Part shown: piece after piece, positions 17,516-28,200 of the stretch
Numbering within the stretch: the first letter of the stretch is position 1
Layout of the letters: each line of letters begins with the position of its first letter
Program-made: the position numbers and the translations under genes
The notes under the pieces: generated by a model
Database searches by the model: none
What the model saw: only the letters and a program-made list of their open reading frames with translations
What the model was told of the DNA's origin: nothing
Assembly (NCBI GenBank): GCA_947447245.1
Contig: CANFJC010000001.1
Location: forward strand, 16,157 to 48,156
DNA length: 32,000 nt
Source: Comamonadaceae bacterium
Lineage (GTDB): Bacteria; Pseudomonadota; Gammaproteobacteria; Burkholderiales; Burkholderiaceae_C
Direction: 5' to 3'

Positions 17516-20500
17516 TTAAATGGCTTTTCTGAATGCATCCATGCAGTTTTGCCACTGAACCATCACGGCAGCCAAGTGTTTCTCTTTCACATGACCAAAG
17601 CCTTTGATTTGTTCGGTCACATTGGCCATTTTGACAGCCAAGGCATGATTCTCTGATTTCAAAGAAGCCAGCAACTCAGCAATGGCATCTTTGTACTCTT
17701 GAATGAGTGCACGTTCTGTTTGTCGCTCCTCGGTGCGACCAAAAATATCCAAGGCCGTGCCGCGTAAAAATTTAAATTGCGCCAATATTTTGAAAACCAG
17801 CACCATGTGCGGGCTCATTTTTTGTTTCACCAGCTGGCCCTTCTCATTGCGTTTGGCAAGGAGGGGTGGGGCTAGGTGGTAGAAAACCTTGAAATCGCCC
17901 TCAAACTGCGTTTTAACGCGTTCTAGGAACTGTTTGTCGGTGTGCAAGCGGGCCACTTCGTACTCATCTTTGTAAGCCATCAATTTGAACAATTGACGCG
18001 CCACTGTTTCGGTCAACAAGGAAGAACCTAAAGCGCTTTCCTTGGTTTTGACGTTCAAGACAAAGTTTTCGTACTGTTTGGCATAAGCAGCATTTTGATA
18101 AGCGGTTAAAAACTCAATGCGTGTGGCCATCAAATCTTCTAAACGATCACGTTTTTTAAAGGAAATGATTTGCACTGGTTTTAACAAGGCCTCAACGGCA
18201 TCCAATTGATGGGCCGCATGACGACCCCATTCAAAGGCAGCAAGGTTTTGTGCAACAGCTACTTCGTTCAATTCAATGGCGCGTTTCAAAGCATCAAGGC
18301 TCAAGGGCACCCAGCCCTTTTGCCAGGCATAACCTAAAAGCATCGGGTTGATGTAAATCGTATCGCCCATCAATTGAGCTGAAAGATGGTCGGCATCAAA
18401 GGAGGCCAATCCTTGAAGGCCGACGGTCGAAGCGATGTCGGCGGCACAGCTGTCAGCAGGGTTTTGCCACAAAGTATTTTTAACAAATTCGGCAGTGGGT
18501 GTGCTGTGAGAATTCAAAGCAACATGGGTTCTGCCCGCCATCATGCGTGACAAGGTTTCTTTGCCAGCTGTCACGATGGGATCACAGCCTAAAATCAAAT
18601 CAGCAGCAGCCATGCTGACGCGTGTGGTTTGAATGTCATCTTGGTGCTTGGCCAATAAAACATGACTCCAGGTGGCACCGCCTTTTTGTGCCAAGCCAGC
18701 AGAATCTTGGGTCACGATGCCAAGACCGTCTAAGTGGGCCGCCATGCCCAGCAACTGACCGATGGTGATCACGCCCGTTCCGCCAACACCAGCAACCACA
18801 ACACCATAAGGTTGATCTGCTTGACCTAAATCAGGTATCACAGGCATAGGCAAAGCGGGTAATGCACTTGAACTGAATTTTTGCGCTTTGGTTTTTTTCT
18901 TAAGTTGCCCACCTTCAATGCTGATGAAACTGGGACAAAAGCCTTTGAGACAGCTGGTGTCTTTGTTGCAAGTATTTTGATTGATGGTCCGCTTGCGGCC
19001 AAACTCCGTTTCAAGAGGCTCAACGGACAAGCAATTGGACTGCACGCCACAATCGCCACAGCCCTCACACACCAAGTCATTGATCATGACCCGCACCGCG
19101 GGATCGACCATGGTGCCGCGCTTGCGGCGGCGACGCTTCTCAGTGGCGCAGGTTTGGTCGTAAATAATGACGGTACAGCCCTTCACTTCACGCAGTTGCC
19201 GTTGTACGGCATCAAGTTCATCGCGGTGATGAACCAAGACACCTTCGGCCAAAGCAATGCCGTCGTATTTTTCGGGCTCATCGGTCACAACTTTGATCAC
19301 CATCGCGCCTTCAGCGCGCATGCTTTGCGCAATTTGAACAACCGTGTGTCCTTCAGCCCGCTCACCAACGCGCTGACCACCTGTCATGGCAACCGCGTCG
19401 TTGTACAAAATTTTGTAGGTGATGTTGACGCCCGCAGCAATGCTTTGACGGATGGCCAAAATGCCACTGTGAAAATAAGTGCCATCCCCAATGTTGGCAA
19501 ACACATGTTTTTCGTTGCTGAAGTGCTGTTGGCCAATCCAAGGTGTGCCCTCGCCGCCCATTTGTGTAAAGCCAACCGTGCTGCGGTCCATCCACACACT
19601 CATGAAATGGCAACCAATGCCCGCCATCGCCCGCGAACCTTCTGGAACTTTGGTGCTGGTGTTGTGGGGACAACCTGAGCAGAACCAAGGCATGCGGTCT
19701 GCGGAGGGATTGACGACCAAACTGTTTTGGGCCCGCTCTTTGGCGTCGATGATCTGAAGTTGGGCTTCAATGCGTGCCAAAACATCAGAAGGCAAATCCA
19801 GTTTTTTGAGCCGCTTGGCCAAGGCCTTGGCGATCAAGGTGGGCGTGAGGTCGGCATTGGCGCGAAGCAGTCGATGCGCCATTGGATTGGGCACAGACCA
19901 CTCGCCGCCAGAATCGTCACCTTCGAGTTCATCAAACTTACCCACAATGCGCGGGCGCTGTGAATCGGGCCAGTTGTACAGTTCTTCCTTGAGTTGGTAT
20001 TCAATGATTTGGCGCTTTTCTTCAACCACCAAAATCTCTTTCAGGCCTTTGGCAAACTCACGCGTGCTTTGCGCTTCTAAAGGCCAGACCACAGAAACTT
20101 TGTGAACCCGAATACCCAGTCGCTGGCAGGTCTCGGTGTCTAAACCCAGATCGACCAAGGCTTGACGCGTGTCGTTGTAGGCTTTGCCGCTGGCCATGAT
20201 GCCGTAGCGATCGTTGGCGCCTTCGATGACGTTGTGATTCAAACGATTGGCGCGAATGTAGGCCAGCGCGGCATACCATTTGTAATCAAACAAACGGGCT
20301 TCTTGATCAAGGGCCGCATCAGGCCACCGGATGTGAACACCGCCAGGGGGCATTTCAAACTCAGGCAAAACAATCTTGACCCGATCGGCGTTGATGTCAG
20401 CCGTTGCACTCGACTCGACAATTTCTTGAATGGTTTTCATGCCAGACCAGACGCCCGCAAAACGGCTCAGCGCAATGGCGTGGACACCCAAATCTAAAAC

Positions 20501-21070
20501 CTCTTGAACAGACGCAGGAAAGAACACCGGCAGGCCACAGGCCTTGAAAATATGATCGCTTTGGTGAGCGGCTGTAGAGCTTTTGGCAATGTGATCGTCG
20601 CCTGCTACGGCCAAAACGCCGCCCCATGCGGTGGTGCCTGCCATGTTGGCATGTTTGAAGACATCGGAGCAACGGTCAACACCCGGCCCCTTGCCATACC
20701 AAATGCCAAAGACGCCATCGAGTTTTTGACTGCCTGGTGGCGCAAACCCCAACTGTTGGGTGCCCCACAATGCGGTGGCCGCGAGCTCTTCGTTCACGCC
20801 AGGTTGAAAAACAATGTTGTGTTTTTCAAGGTAAGACTTGGCCTTCCACAAGGCTTGGTCGTAACCGCCCAATGGTGAGCCGCGATAGCCGCTGATCAAG
20901 GCGCCGGTTCTTTTGCCGGCCAATGCATCGCGCTCTTGCTGCAGCATCGGCAAGCGAACCAGGGCTTGAACGCCGCTCATAAAGGCCCGGCCTGATTTCA
21001 GGCTGTATTTGTCGTCAAGGGTGACATTGGCCAGCGCAAGCCGCAGGTGTTCAGGCAGGGGAGCGTTCAT
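17516..21070 (-). CDS. Indolepyruvate ferredoxin oxidoreductase family protein (fused alpha/beta)
   Basis: 1184 aa. LDDKYSLKSGRAFMSGVQALVRLPM, TPP site GDGTYFHSGILA, ferredoxin-type cluster CEGCGDCGVQSNC...CLKGFCPSF, and the beta-like half VVVAGVGGTGVITIGQLL. Confidence 0.92.
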   Translation of the reverse strand: MNAPLPEHLRLALANVTLDDKYSLKSGRAFMSGVQALVRLPMLQQERDALAGKRTGALISGYRGSPLGGYDQALWKAKSYLEKHNIVFQPGVNEELAATALWGTQQLGFAPPGSQKLDGVFGIWYGKGPGVDRCSDVFKHANMAGTTAWGGVLAVAGDDHIAKSSTAAHQSDHIFKACGLPVFFPASVQEVLDLGVHAIALSRFAGVWSGMKTIQEIVESSATADINADRVKIVLPEFEMPPGGVHIRWPDAALDQEARLFDYKWYAALAYIRANRLNHNVIEGANDRYGIMASGKAYNDTRQALVDLGLDTETCQRLGIRVHKVSVVWPLEAQSTREFAKGLKEILVVEEKRQIIEYQLKEELYNWPDSQRPRIVGKFDELEGDDSGGEWSVPNPMAHRLLRANADLTPTLIAKALAKRLKKLDLPSDVLARIEAQLQIIDAKERAQNSLVVNPSADRMPWFCSGCPHNTSTKVPEGSRAMAGIGCHFMSVWMDRSTVGFTQMGGEGTPWIGQQHFSNEKHVFANIGDGTYFHSGILAIRQSIAAGVNITYKILYNDAVAMTGGQRVGERAEGHTVVQIAQSMRAEGAMVIKVVTDEPEKYDGIALAEGVLVHHRDELDAVQRQLREVKGCTVIIYDQTCATEKRRRRKRGTMVDPAVRVMINDLVCEGCGDCGVQSNCLSVEPLETEFGRKRTINQNTCNKDTSCLKGFCPSFISIEGGQLKKKTKAQKFSSSALPALPMPVIPDLGQADQPYGVVVAGVGGTGVITIGQLLGMAAHLDGLGIVTQDSAGLAQKGGATWSHVLLAKHQDDIQTTRVSMAAADLILGCDPIVTAGKETLSRMMAGRTHVALNSHSTPTAEFVKNTLWQNPADSCAADIASTVGLQGLASFDADHLSAQLMGDTIYINPMLLGYAWQKGWVPLSLDALKRAIELNEVAVAQNLAAFEWGRHAAHQLDAVEALLKPVQIISFKKRDRLEDLMATRIEFLTAYQNAAYAKQYENFVLNVKTKESALGSSLLTETVARQLFKLMAYKDEYEVARLHTDKQFLERVKTQFEGDFKVFYHLAPPLLAKRNEKGQLVKQKMSPHMVLVFKILAQFKFLRGTALDIFGRTEERQTERALIQEYKDAIAELLASLKSENHALAVKMANVTEQIKGFGHVKEKHLAAVMVQWQNCMDAFRKAI

Positions 21071-21118
21071 TTTGAGCCACTTTCAAAAGCAGGGAGACAC
21101 AGTGTAGAGCGACACAGC

Positions 21119-22288
21119 CTATCGTGGAAGTAAAACCCATGCGCGCATGTCTTGTTTGAGACGACCCGCCAACTCGCCTGCGGCATCGCCAGAACCGGCA
21201 AAATAATCAGCGCGCACCGCGCCTTGAATGGCGCTGCCGGTGTCTTGCGCAAAGACCAGCCGATTTAAAGGCGTTTGCGGTCCGCCGCTGGAAAGCCAGA
21301 CGGCTGACCCGTAAGGAATACTCCCCGGATCCACCGCAATGGACCTCCCGGGCGTTAAAGGAACGCCCATCGCCCCCTTCGGGCCCAACTGCGCCTCAGC
21401 ACCGTTCAAAGCTTCTTCTTTGAAGAAAATGAAGCGCGGGTTGCGCCACATGAGTTCATTGGTTCTGCGTGGATTTTGGGCAAGCCAAGCCTTGATGCCT
21501 GGCCAGGTGGCATCTTTGGTGAGGTTTTGATCGAGCAGCCAGCGGCCAATGCTTTGATAGGGGTGATCGTTGGTTCCTGCGAACGCCAAGCGGATTTGTG
21601 TGCGACGGCCATCGCTTTGAGTGAGCCACAAGCGCCCCGAACCCTGAATGTGAAGCACCATGGCATCAACGGGGCTGGCAATGAAGGCAATTTCCTTGCC
21701 CTTGAGCGCCGCTTGGGCGGCCGGTAATTTGGAAATCTCTTCTCGGCTGTACCAAGGGACGCGCGACTTTAAATTGGCGGGCAAGCCATACAAGGGCACT
21801 TCAAAGCCAGGCCGTGCGTTTCGAGAGGCTTCAAAAACCGGCTCGTAATAAGCCGTCAACAGGCCATTGGCTGGCACTGTGGGGGCATTCAAATGTTCAA
21901 CCCGGTAAGGCTGAAAGTTTTGCATCACCCAATTTTTTTGCAATTCGGAAGGCTGTCCGTCCAAACGCTTGACGTCGGCACAAAGGCCTTGGGTGGTGGG
22001 TAAATTTCGCGCACAGTTTTGTCGCCAGGCGACCCACGCCTCGTTGAAGTTGTCGGCGTCAAAGCCAGGCAGTTCAGACCAGCTGGCTAACAGCCAGCGA
22101 CTTTTGGGCCGCATGAAAACAGCTGGCAATTTGTCAGGCACAGGCGCTGCTTCAGTCGCAGGCGCTTTGGGCGGCGTGACGAGGGCTTGTGGCGCAGGTG
22201 TTTTCTCAGGAGAAGAGCAGGCCGACAAAAGTAAAGCACCCACCATGCAGAAGCTGCCTAAAATCCATGAACCAAGGAGATGATGCAT
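21119..22288 (-). CDS. mltA: Membrane-bound lytic murein transglycosylase A (lipoprotein)
   Basis: MltA domain (GLLTAYYEPVFEAS, HIQGSGRL) and 3D domain (AVDPGSIPYGSAVWL, AQDTGSAIQG). The ATG at 22288 gives MHHLLGSWILGSFCMVGALLLSAC, a signal peptide plus lipobox (389 aa). The 58 codons upstream in the track ORF would precede the signal peptide and look non-genic. Confidence 0.85.
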   Translation of the reverse strand: MHHLLGSWILGSFCMVGALLLSACSSPEKTPAPQALVTPPKAPATEAAPVPDKLPAVFMRPKSRWLLASWSELPGFDADNFNEAWVAWRQNCARNLPTTQGLCADVKRLDGQPSELQKNWVMQNFQPYRVEHLNAPTVPANGLLTAYYEPVFEASRNARPGFEVPLYGLPANLKSRVPWYSREEISKLPAAQAALKGKEIAFIASPVDAMVLHIQGSGRLWLTQSDGRRTQIRLAFAGTNDHPYQSIGRWLLDQNLTKDATWPGIKAWLAQNPRRTNELMWRNPRFIFFKEEALNGAEAQLGPKGAMGVPLTPGRSIAVDPGSIPYGSAVWLSSGGPQTPLNRLVFAQDTGSAIQGAVRADYFAGSGDAAGELAGRLKQDMRAWVLLPR

Positions 22289-22433
22289 GGGTTTGATTTT
22301 GTTAGAAGCCTTGTTGGCGTTGTTGATTTTGCTGGCGATTGTTTGGTGGACCATGTTTTCAGGTCGAAACAAGGGCGAACTGAAAGCGGAAAAGCCAAAA
22401 GAGTCCGAGCAAAATGAACCGCCTAAAGAATGA
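22287..22433 (+). CDS. Hypothetical small single-pass membrane protein (48 aa), absent from the ORF track
   Basis: AAGGAGA (22274-22280), 6-nt spacer, ATG at 22287. Product is MGLILLEALLALLILLAIVWWTMFSGRNKGELKAEKPKESEQNEPPKE, one hydrophobic helix plus a Lys/Glu-rich tail. Stop TGA at 22431-22433. No homologue recognised. Confidence 0.45.
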   Translation: MGLILLEALLALLILLAIVWWTMFSGRNKGELKAEKPKESEQNEPPKE

Positions 22434-22462
22434 AGGAAAGACAGGCGATCTTTCAAACGCAT

Positions 22463-23107
22463 TCAAATCTCCCGCAATAAATTCGCCAATTCAACAGCAG
22501 ATTTCACATCCATTTTTTCAAAAACACGCGAGCGATGAACCTCAACTGTGCGCACACTGATGTCAAGCTGGTCGGCGATGAGTTTGTTGGGCAAGCCCGC
22601 CACCACCAACTGCATCACATCGCGCTCACGATCGGTCAAGTCTTGCAGGCGAGACACAAGACCCGCACTTTGGAGGTGTACCGCCAACCGCTCATTGGAC
22701 AAAACCAAGGCTTGTTCTACGCGGTCAACCAAGGCGTTGTCAGAGAAAGGTTTTTCGCAAAAATCAAATGCGCCGCGCTTGACGGTGTCTACGGCTGTTG
22801 GCACATCGGCGTGTCCCGTCAAGAAAATAACGGGCCAGGTATGGGCCAAGCCGTTTCCGATGAGCGTTTCAAACAAGGCCAAGCCACTCTGCCCCGGCAT
22901 TCGAACGTCCAATAAGATGCAGCCCGCTTGAGTGGGCACGGGCGTTTTGGGGCCGGGAAACTTGTCTTGCAGCATGCGCTCAAAGTCATCTGCACTTGAA
23001 AATGACTCGCTCAGCAGTCGACGAGAACGCAGCAGCCAAGCCATTGCCTCACGCACACTGGCATCGTCATCCACGATGAAAACACAGGCGTTAAGAGCAG
23101 GTTGCAT
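22463..23107 (-). CDS. Response regulator, REC + LuxR/FixJ-type HTH (DctR/FixJ-like)
   Basis: 214 aa. FIVDDDASVREAM, phospho-acceptor context ILLDVRMPGQSG, and HTH LTDRERDVMQLVVAGLPNKLIADQLDISVRTVEVHRSRVFEKM. Confidence 0.9.
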   Translation of the reverse strand: MQPALNACVFIVDDDASVREAMAWLLRSRRLLSESFSSADDFERMLQDKFPGPKTPVPTQAGCILLDVRMPGQSGLALFETLIGNGLAHTWPVIFLTGHADVPTAVDTVKRGAFDFCEKPFSDNALVDRVEQALVLSNERLAVHLQSAGLVSRLQDLTDRERDVMQLVVAGLPNKLIADQLDISVRTVEVHRSRVFEKMDVKSAVELANLLREI

Positions 23108-23126
23108 GAATTGATTTTAGCCTTGC

Positions 23127-25187
23127 TCACAGCTCAGGGGCTGTCGGCAGCGTAAAGCGAAACAGCGTGCCGCAGGGCTCTTGTGCCTCGAACTCCAAAT
23201 GACCGCCGTGTTGCTCCACAACGGTTCGGCAAAGGCTAAGGCCCAAGCCCATGCCCTCTTCTTTCGTGGTGAAAAACGGCGTGAACAATTTTTCTGCAAT
23301 GTCTGGCGAAATTCCGAGCCCCATGTCAATGATGGAAAACTCAAGCCATCCATGTGACTCGCTGGAGGCGGCCCGCTTCACTTGAAGCGTCAGGAGGCGC
23401 TTGCGACAGTCGGGGTGGTCCATGGCCTGCATGCCATTGCGTGCCAAATTCAACAAGACTTGCTCGACCATGGTGCGGTCACACAAAATGGGCGACAAGC
23501 GCTCACCCAATTTGGTTTCGATGCGAACGTGTAATTTGTGCGCTTGCAATTGCACGAGCGGCATGACCGCATCGATGATGGCTTGCGGCGTGACGATTTC
23601 TTTGTCTTGATCACGTCGGCGCACGAAGTCGTGAACGCTGTTGATGACTTTGCCAGCACGACTCGCTTGCTCAGAAATTCTTTCCAAAGCCATTTGAAGC
23701 TCGCTCAAGGGGTGTTGCGTGTCGCTGTATTCTGGATGTCGAAGAAGGTTTAGCGAACCCGTGGCATAGCTTGAAATGGCGGCCAGAGGTTGGTTCAACT
23801 CATGGCTTAAAAGTGAAGCCATCTCGCCCACCGTCGCCAAACGCGCAGTGGCTTGCAAGCGCTCTTGACTTGAGCGCGAAAGCTCTTCAATGCGGCGTTG
23901 TTCGCTGATGTCCAAAAACGCACTCATCCAGCCGGTTTGTTGCCCCAAGACATTGATCAAGGGGGCTTCAAAAATAAGGACCGGAAAACGCGAACCATCT
24001 TTCCGCACAAAAACCGACTCAAAACCTTCACGCGGTGGGGCGTTGCCCGCCAATCGAACGGCTTGACGTTGTTGATACTCCCCCACCATTTCAGGCGGCC
24101 AATAAGGCATGGGCGCAGACCTTCCTAGAAGTTGATCGGCTTCAAAGCCCACCATCTGACAAAACGCAGGATTCACATACGTGATTCGCCCTTTCAAATC
24201 ACGCGCCCGCAGGCCGGTGACCAAGGAGTCTTCCATGGCTTTTCGAAAAGCCAGTGCATCAGCCAAATCGCGCTCTGCTTTAAGTCGGCGGCGAGAATCT
24301 TTCACCAGCAAAACCAAGACGGAGACCAACGCAATCGACATGGCCAAGACCAAGGCCGGCAAAATGTTGGGGAAACGATCAGGTGCAGCACGCCGGCCAT
24401 CCATTCGAAGCATCAGCGTTGTGCCCGGCAAGTCCAGCAACTGTGTCGCGGTGAACAGACGCTTGGCGCGCGGCAAGGTTCCGTGAACGGCCAGTCGCGT
24501 GCCATCGGGTTCAATGAAAGAAATTTCATTGCGACGACCATAAGTCTCGCCCAATTCCGTGGCCAAAATTTCTTGAAGGCCGTAGGTTAAAAGCGTAAAT
24601 CCAAGCGCACGCCCTTGCACCAGAATCGGCATGCACATTTCCATCACCTCCAAACCAATGCCATTGGATTGGGGCACAAAGTAGCTTCGCGAATAGGCGG
24701 GGCCGTTGAGTCGTTTGGAGCGCAAACATGTTTGAACGATCTCGGCTTGCTCATTCATGCGCGTTTGATCGTTGAACAAAGTGGGCTTGAATGGTGAGAC
24801 CGCGGCGTCCAAGATCAAGCCTTGTAAGTCGCGTCTTTCAACCCGAAGCCAAGCTTTGTGTTGACTCAGCAAAAGCGGCACTTCTGCTTGCCATAATTTG
24901 GAGGGCAGCGATTTAGCTTGCAAAGTTTGCAGGCTCACAATGTGCCTGCTGAAACCATTGCGTATGTCAGTCACGGCATCTGCTGTATCGCGGTCTAATT
25001 CCGCTTGATATTGACTGGCCTCATACCGACCCGCAAGCCAAACCAAGGTCACCAAAAGCGCAACCACCAAGCCAACCAAGGCAATCCACAATGAAAAGCG
25101 ACGGTCGGTAAATGAACGCGTGACAGATTTAAAAAAAAGCCACAGAAGATGCGTGTTTTGCAGCGATGAAGAATCAGTTGACTTCAT
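23127..25187 (-). CDS. Sensor histidine kinase with periplasmic sensor domain, PAS, HisKA and HATPase (DctS/FixL-like)
   Basis: Two TM segments bracket about 250 aa. PAS (GRITYVNPAFCQMVGF), H-box SHELNQPLAAISSYA, N-box LLNLARNGMQAM, G-boxes IIDMGLGI and GMGLGLS. The ATG at 25187 (MKSTDSS...) gives 686 aa. The track's extension overlaps the upstream gene. Confidence 0.9.
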   Translation of the reverse strand: MKSTDSSSLQNTHLLWLFFKSVTRSFTDRRFSLWIALVGLVVALLVTLVWLAGRYEASQYQAELDRDTADAVTDIRNGFSRHIVSLQTLQAKSLPSKLWQAEVPLLLSQHKAWLRVERRDLQGLILDAAVSPFKPTLFNDQTRMNEQAEIVQTCLRSKRLNGPAYSRSYFVPQSNGIGLEVMEMCMPILVQGRALGFTLLTYGLQEILATELGETYGRRNEISFIEPDGTRLAVHGTLPRAKRLFTATQLLDLPGTTLMLRMDGRRAAPDRFPNILPALVLAMSIALVSVLVLLVKDSRRRLKAERDLADALAFRKAMEDSLVTGLRARDLKGRITYVNPAFCQMVGFEADQLLGRSAPMPYWPPEMVGEYQQRQAVRLAGNAPPREGFESVFVRKDGSRFPVLIFEAPLINVLGQQTGWMSAFLDISEQRRIEELSRSSQERLQATARLATVGEMASLLSHELNQPLAAISSYATGSLNLLRHPEYSDTQHPLSELQMALERISEQASRAGKVINSVHDFVRRRDQDKEIVTPQAIIDAVMPLVQLQAHKLHVRIETKLGERLSPILCDRTMVEQVLLNLARNGMQAMDHPDCRKRLLTLQVKRAASSESHGWLEFSIIDMGLGISPDIAEKLFTPFFTTKEEGMGLGLSLCRTVVEQHGGHLEFEAQEPCGTLFRFTLPTAPEL

Positions 25188-25207
25188 GTTCAAAACACCA
25201 GCAAGGC

Positions 25208-28200
25208 TTAAGGTGCAACAGCGGTGGCTGCAACTTTGGTCACCTTGGGGTCGCTCCAAGTGCCGTCAATCAAGAACTCTTGGGTGTTCACTCGGCTAAG
25301 CGGCTGTTTGAGAATCAGCTGCGCCAAGAAAGTGCTCAAACCAATGGCGGGGTTCAGCGCAATACCTGCCAGCAATGAAGCGGTGCCCGCATCCACTTCG
25401 GGCAAGATCAGGACGCGCAAGTTTTGAGTTTCTCGTTCAATGTCAGAGCTGCCATCCATTTGCACAACCGCATTGACGCCCTTCATTTGCAGATTGCGTG
25501 TGCTGGCAATGCCTTGTTGAATCAACACATCGCCACGAACCGTGTCAAAGGCAAAACCAGCGCTGAAGACATCTCTGAAATCAAACAACAAACGCCTTGG
25601 CAGAGCTTGCAGACTTAAGACGCCCAGCAGTTTTGCAACACCTGGCTCAGCTTGAAGAAACTGTCCGCGCCCCATGTTGACATTGAAGCGGCCGCCCAAG
25701 CTGGGGTAATGCAAGGTCATGGGAGAGCCTTGCCAGTTGACTTGGCCTTCTAACTTGCCTGCGCCGCCGCGCAGTGCGTCTTTGGTTCCCAAACGATTCA
25801 ACAAGTCACCCGCATCTGAAACGTCCAATCGAAAATTCATTTCGGTGCTGGCTTGTTGCGTGCCCTCTCGTGAGGTGATCCATCGGCCGCTTGCTTTGAA
25901 GCTGGCTTCAGGCAGCGTGATGTTCAGCTTGTTCAAACGCCATTCGCGGCTGGCCGCATTGCGCGGCAGGGACGCTTCTGTGTTGACGGCCTCAATTTCA
26001 ACACGCCCCAATTTTTTGCCGCGCAACTCAAGGTCTTCCACCACAATGTCCAGCGCGGGAATGCTCAAAGGCGAGTCCTCTAGCAATGACTCCACTGTTT
26101 GGTCTGCCGACGGCGGCAAACTTAAGCGCGCCAAACGTGCATAAATGCGTCCGGCATTTTGGTTGTTCGGTTGCCGGTATTCCAAATAACCACTGAACTG
26201 TTTGGCGTCTAAATTGGCGCGCCACAAAAAGCCCTCGCGAGAGCCGCTGACAAGGACATTGTGCAGTTGACGTCCCTGCACCGTGACCTCGTTGGCTTTC
26301 AAGGTCATGCGAGTTGGCAGGTAGTTTTGCGTTGCTGCGCTAAATGATGTGCTTTGAGACGAAAGCCATGCGGGGCTAGATTTTGGGGGTGAGAGCACTT
26401 GTACCCAGTCGTCGATCGAAAAAGAGGGCAAATTGAAAGAAGCGCTGACGCCAGAATCCGAGAGGTTTGCGGCGGGTGTTGCAAAGTTGTCACCGACTTG
26501 CAAGCGACCCTGGATGATGCGAGGATCAGGGCCACTCACATCGCGCAAGTAGGACGCTGACAAAGAACGCCCCCATGTCATCTGGAGTTGATCGCGTTGC
26601 GCCTTGTTGGGGTTGGTGGGGCTGAAGCCTTGAACCAAGTTTTCAAATTTGAAGGCCACTTGTTCTTCGGCTTTTTTGTGAAGAGGTGCTGGCAAATTGA
26701 ACGCCATCCCTTGAAGTTGCGACTGAATGCTCAACTCACTTTGCCCGCCTTTGAACCCAAGACTTGCCGTGTAGTTGCTTGCCCCATTGGCATGCTGAGC
26801 GAGCATGCTGAGCGCTGGAATCTCTTTGGCTTGTCGCATGCCGTTGGCGGTCACTTGCCCTTGAATGCGAATGAGGGGGTTGGCTTCGGTGCTGCGCGGC
26901 GCAAGCTTTCGCATCCCGCCTTCTAACTTGATGGGGCCACCTAAAAACTGCGCGTTCACGCCCATCAAAGTGAAGCCAGTCTCGGTGAACTGAATGGCGC
27001 CTTGTGCTTTTTCAAAAACGGGCAACACAGACTGCATGCGAATGTCATTGCCACTGAGGGCGACGCTGCCTTGAAGACTTGTTTTTTCAAGTTCAGCCAG
27101 AGGCAATGACAACTTCAAGCGCGTCGTCAATGTGCCGGTGCTGCTGGCTTGCTCTAAAGCGCCATTGAGCATGTTGCTGACCGGTGAAAGGCGCAGCTCA
27201 TTCAAGACAACACTGGCGCTGGCCTTAGATTCGCCTTGAACGTTCACAATCACGGGGCCTTTGAGGCTGGGTATTTCAGCTTTGATTTGCGTGAAGGGCA
27301 GGTTGCCCCATTTGCCCGACGCCCCATTGACTTTGAAGTTAAGTCGGTCAAACACGATGTCACCATTGACGTTGTCCATGATCGGCCAAATGCCTTCGGA
27401 ACTTGCATTGCGATTCGCCGTGTTGGCGCTTGCTGTTGGAACGTAGGCGTATTGAAGCTCTTTGACCTTGCCGGTAAATCTAAACTCCCCTTCTTTGGGG
27501 TTTGTAAAAGGCAGCTGTTTCAGATCGCCTTTGATTTTGACGCCAATGTTTTGAAGCTCGCCTTTTAAAACCGAGTCGCGCACATAGTGGCGAACACTTT
27601 GTGAAATATTCAAGGGCAGGTATCGGTGAACACGCGAGGCATCGCCTTGTTGGATGTTGCCTTGCAAATCCAAAACACCCAAACTGCCGGGCAGCGGACT
27701 GGGCTTCCAGCTGCCTTTGAAATCACCCGTCAAATCGGCATTGTTTAAGCTCAATTGCCACTCGGGAACCAGCAGCGCATTTTTTGCATGCTGCCACTTA
27801 ACGGCGGCTTGCAGTTTGTCCAAGGGGATGCGCGGATCTTCAAGAATGCGATTGATTTGCAGTGCCCCTTTTTGAATCGAGGCATTGACATGGCCGCCCT
27901 CTGCATTCATCTCAAAGCTGATGTTGGCGTTCTCAATGCCGGGCCAATTTTCGGAAGAAGAGCCAGGCTTTCCAGCTTCAAAATAAAAGTGATCAATGCG
28001 GCCGTTGGCGGCTTTGACTTGGTATGTTTTGTCTTGGCCGCTGTTATTTTCTGTCCACTCAATGTGCAGCGGGTTGACCAAACCACTGAGCTTGTGTTCC
28101 AGCAAGCTTTGCCTGGCTGGCTCTGGCAATGGCAATTGAAGCGCGATGTTGCGAAGTGCGAGCAAGTCTAATTTGTCGCCATGAAAGCGGCCTTGGGCAC

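Noticed and set aside
18881-19678. 265-aa plus-strand ORF inside the oxidoreductase gene
   Set aside because: It is antisense to the conserved TPP and ferredoxin region of the 1184-aa gene. The translation is Ala/Gly/His-rich with no motifs, so it is a shadow ORF. The same applies to the other short ORFs listed within 17516-21070.
21119-22462. Full 447-aa mltA ORF starting at the ATG that abuts the regulator's stop codon
   Set aside because: The first 58 residues would sit in front of a canonical signal peptide and lipobox, and they are low-complexity. I prefer the start at 22288 and keep the long form only as an alternative.
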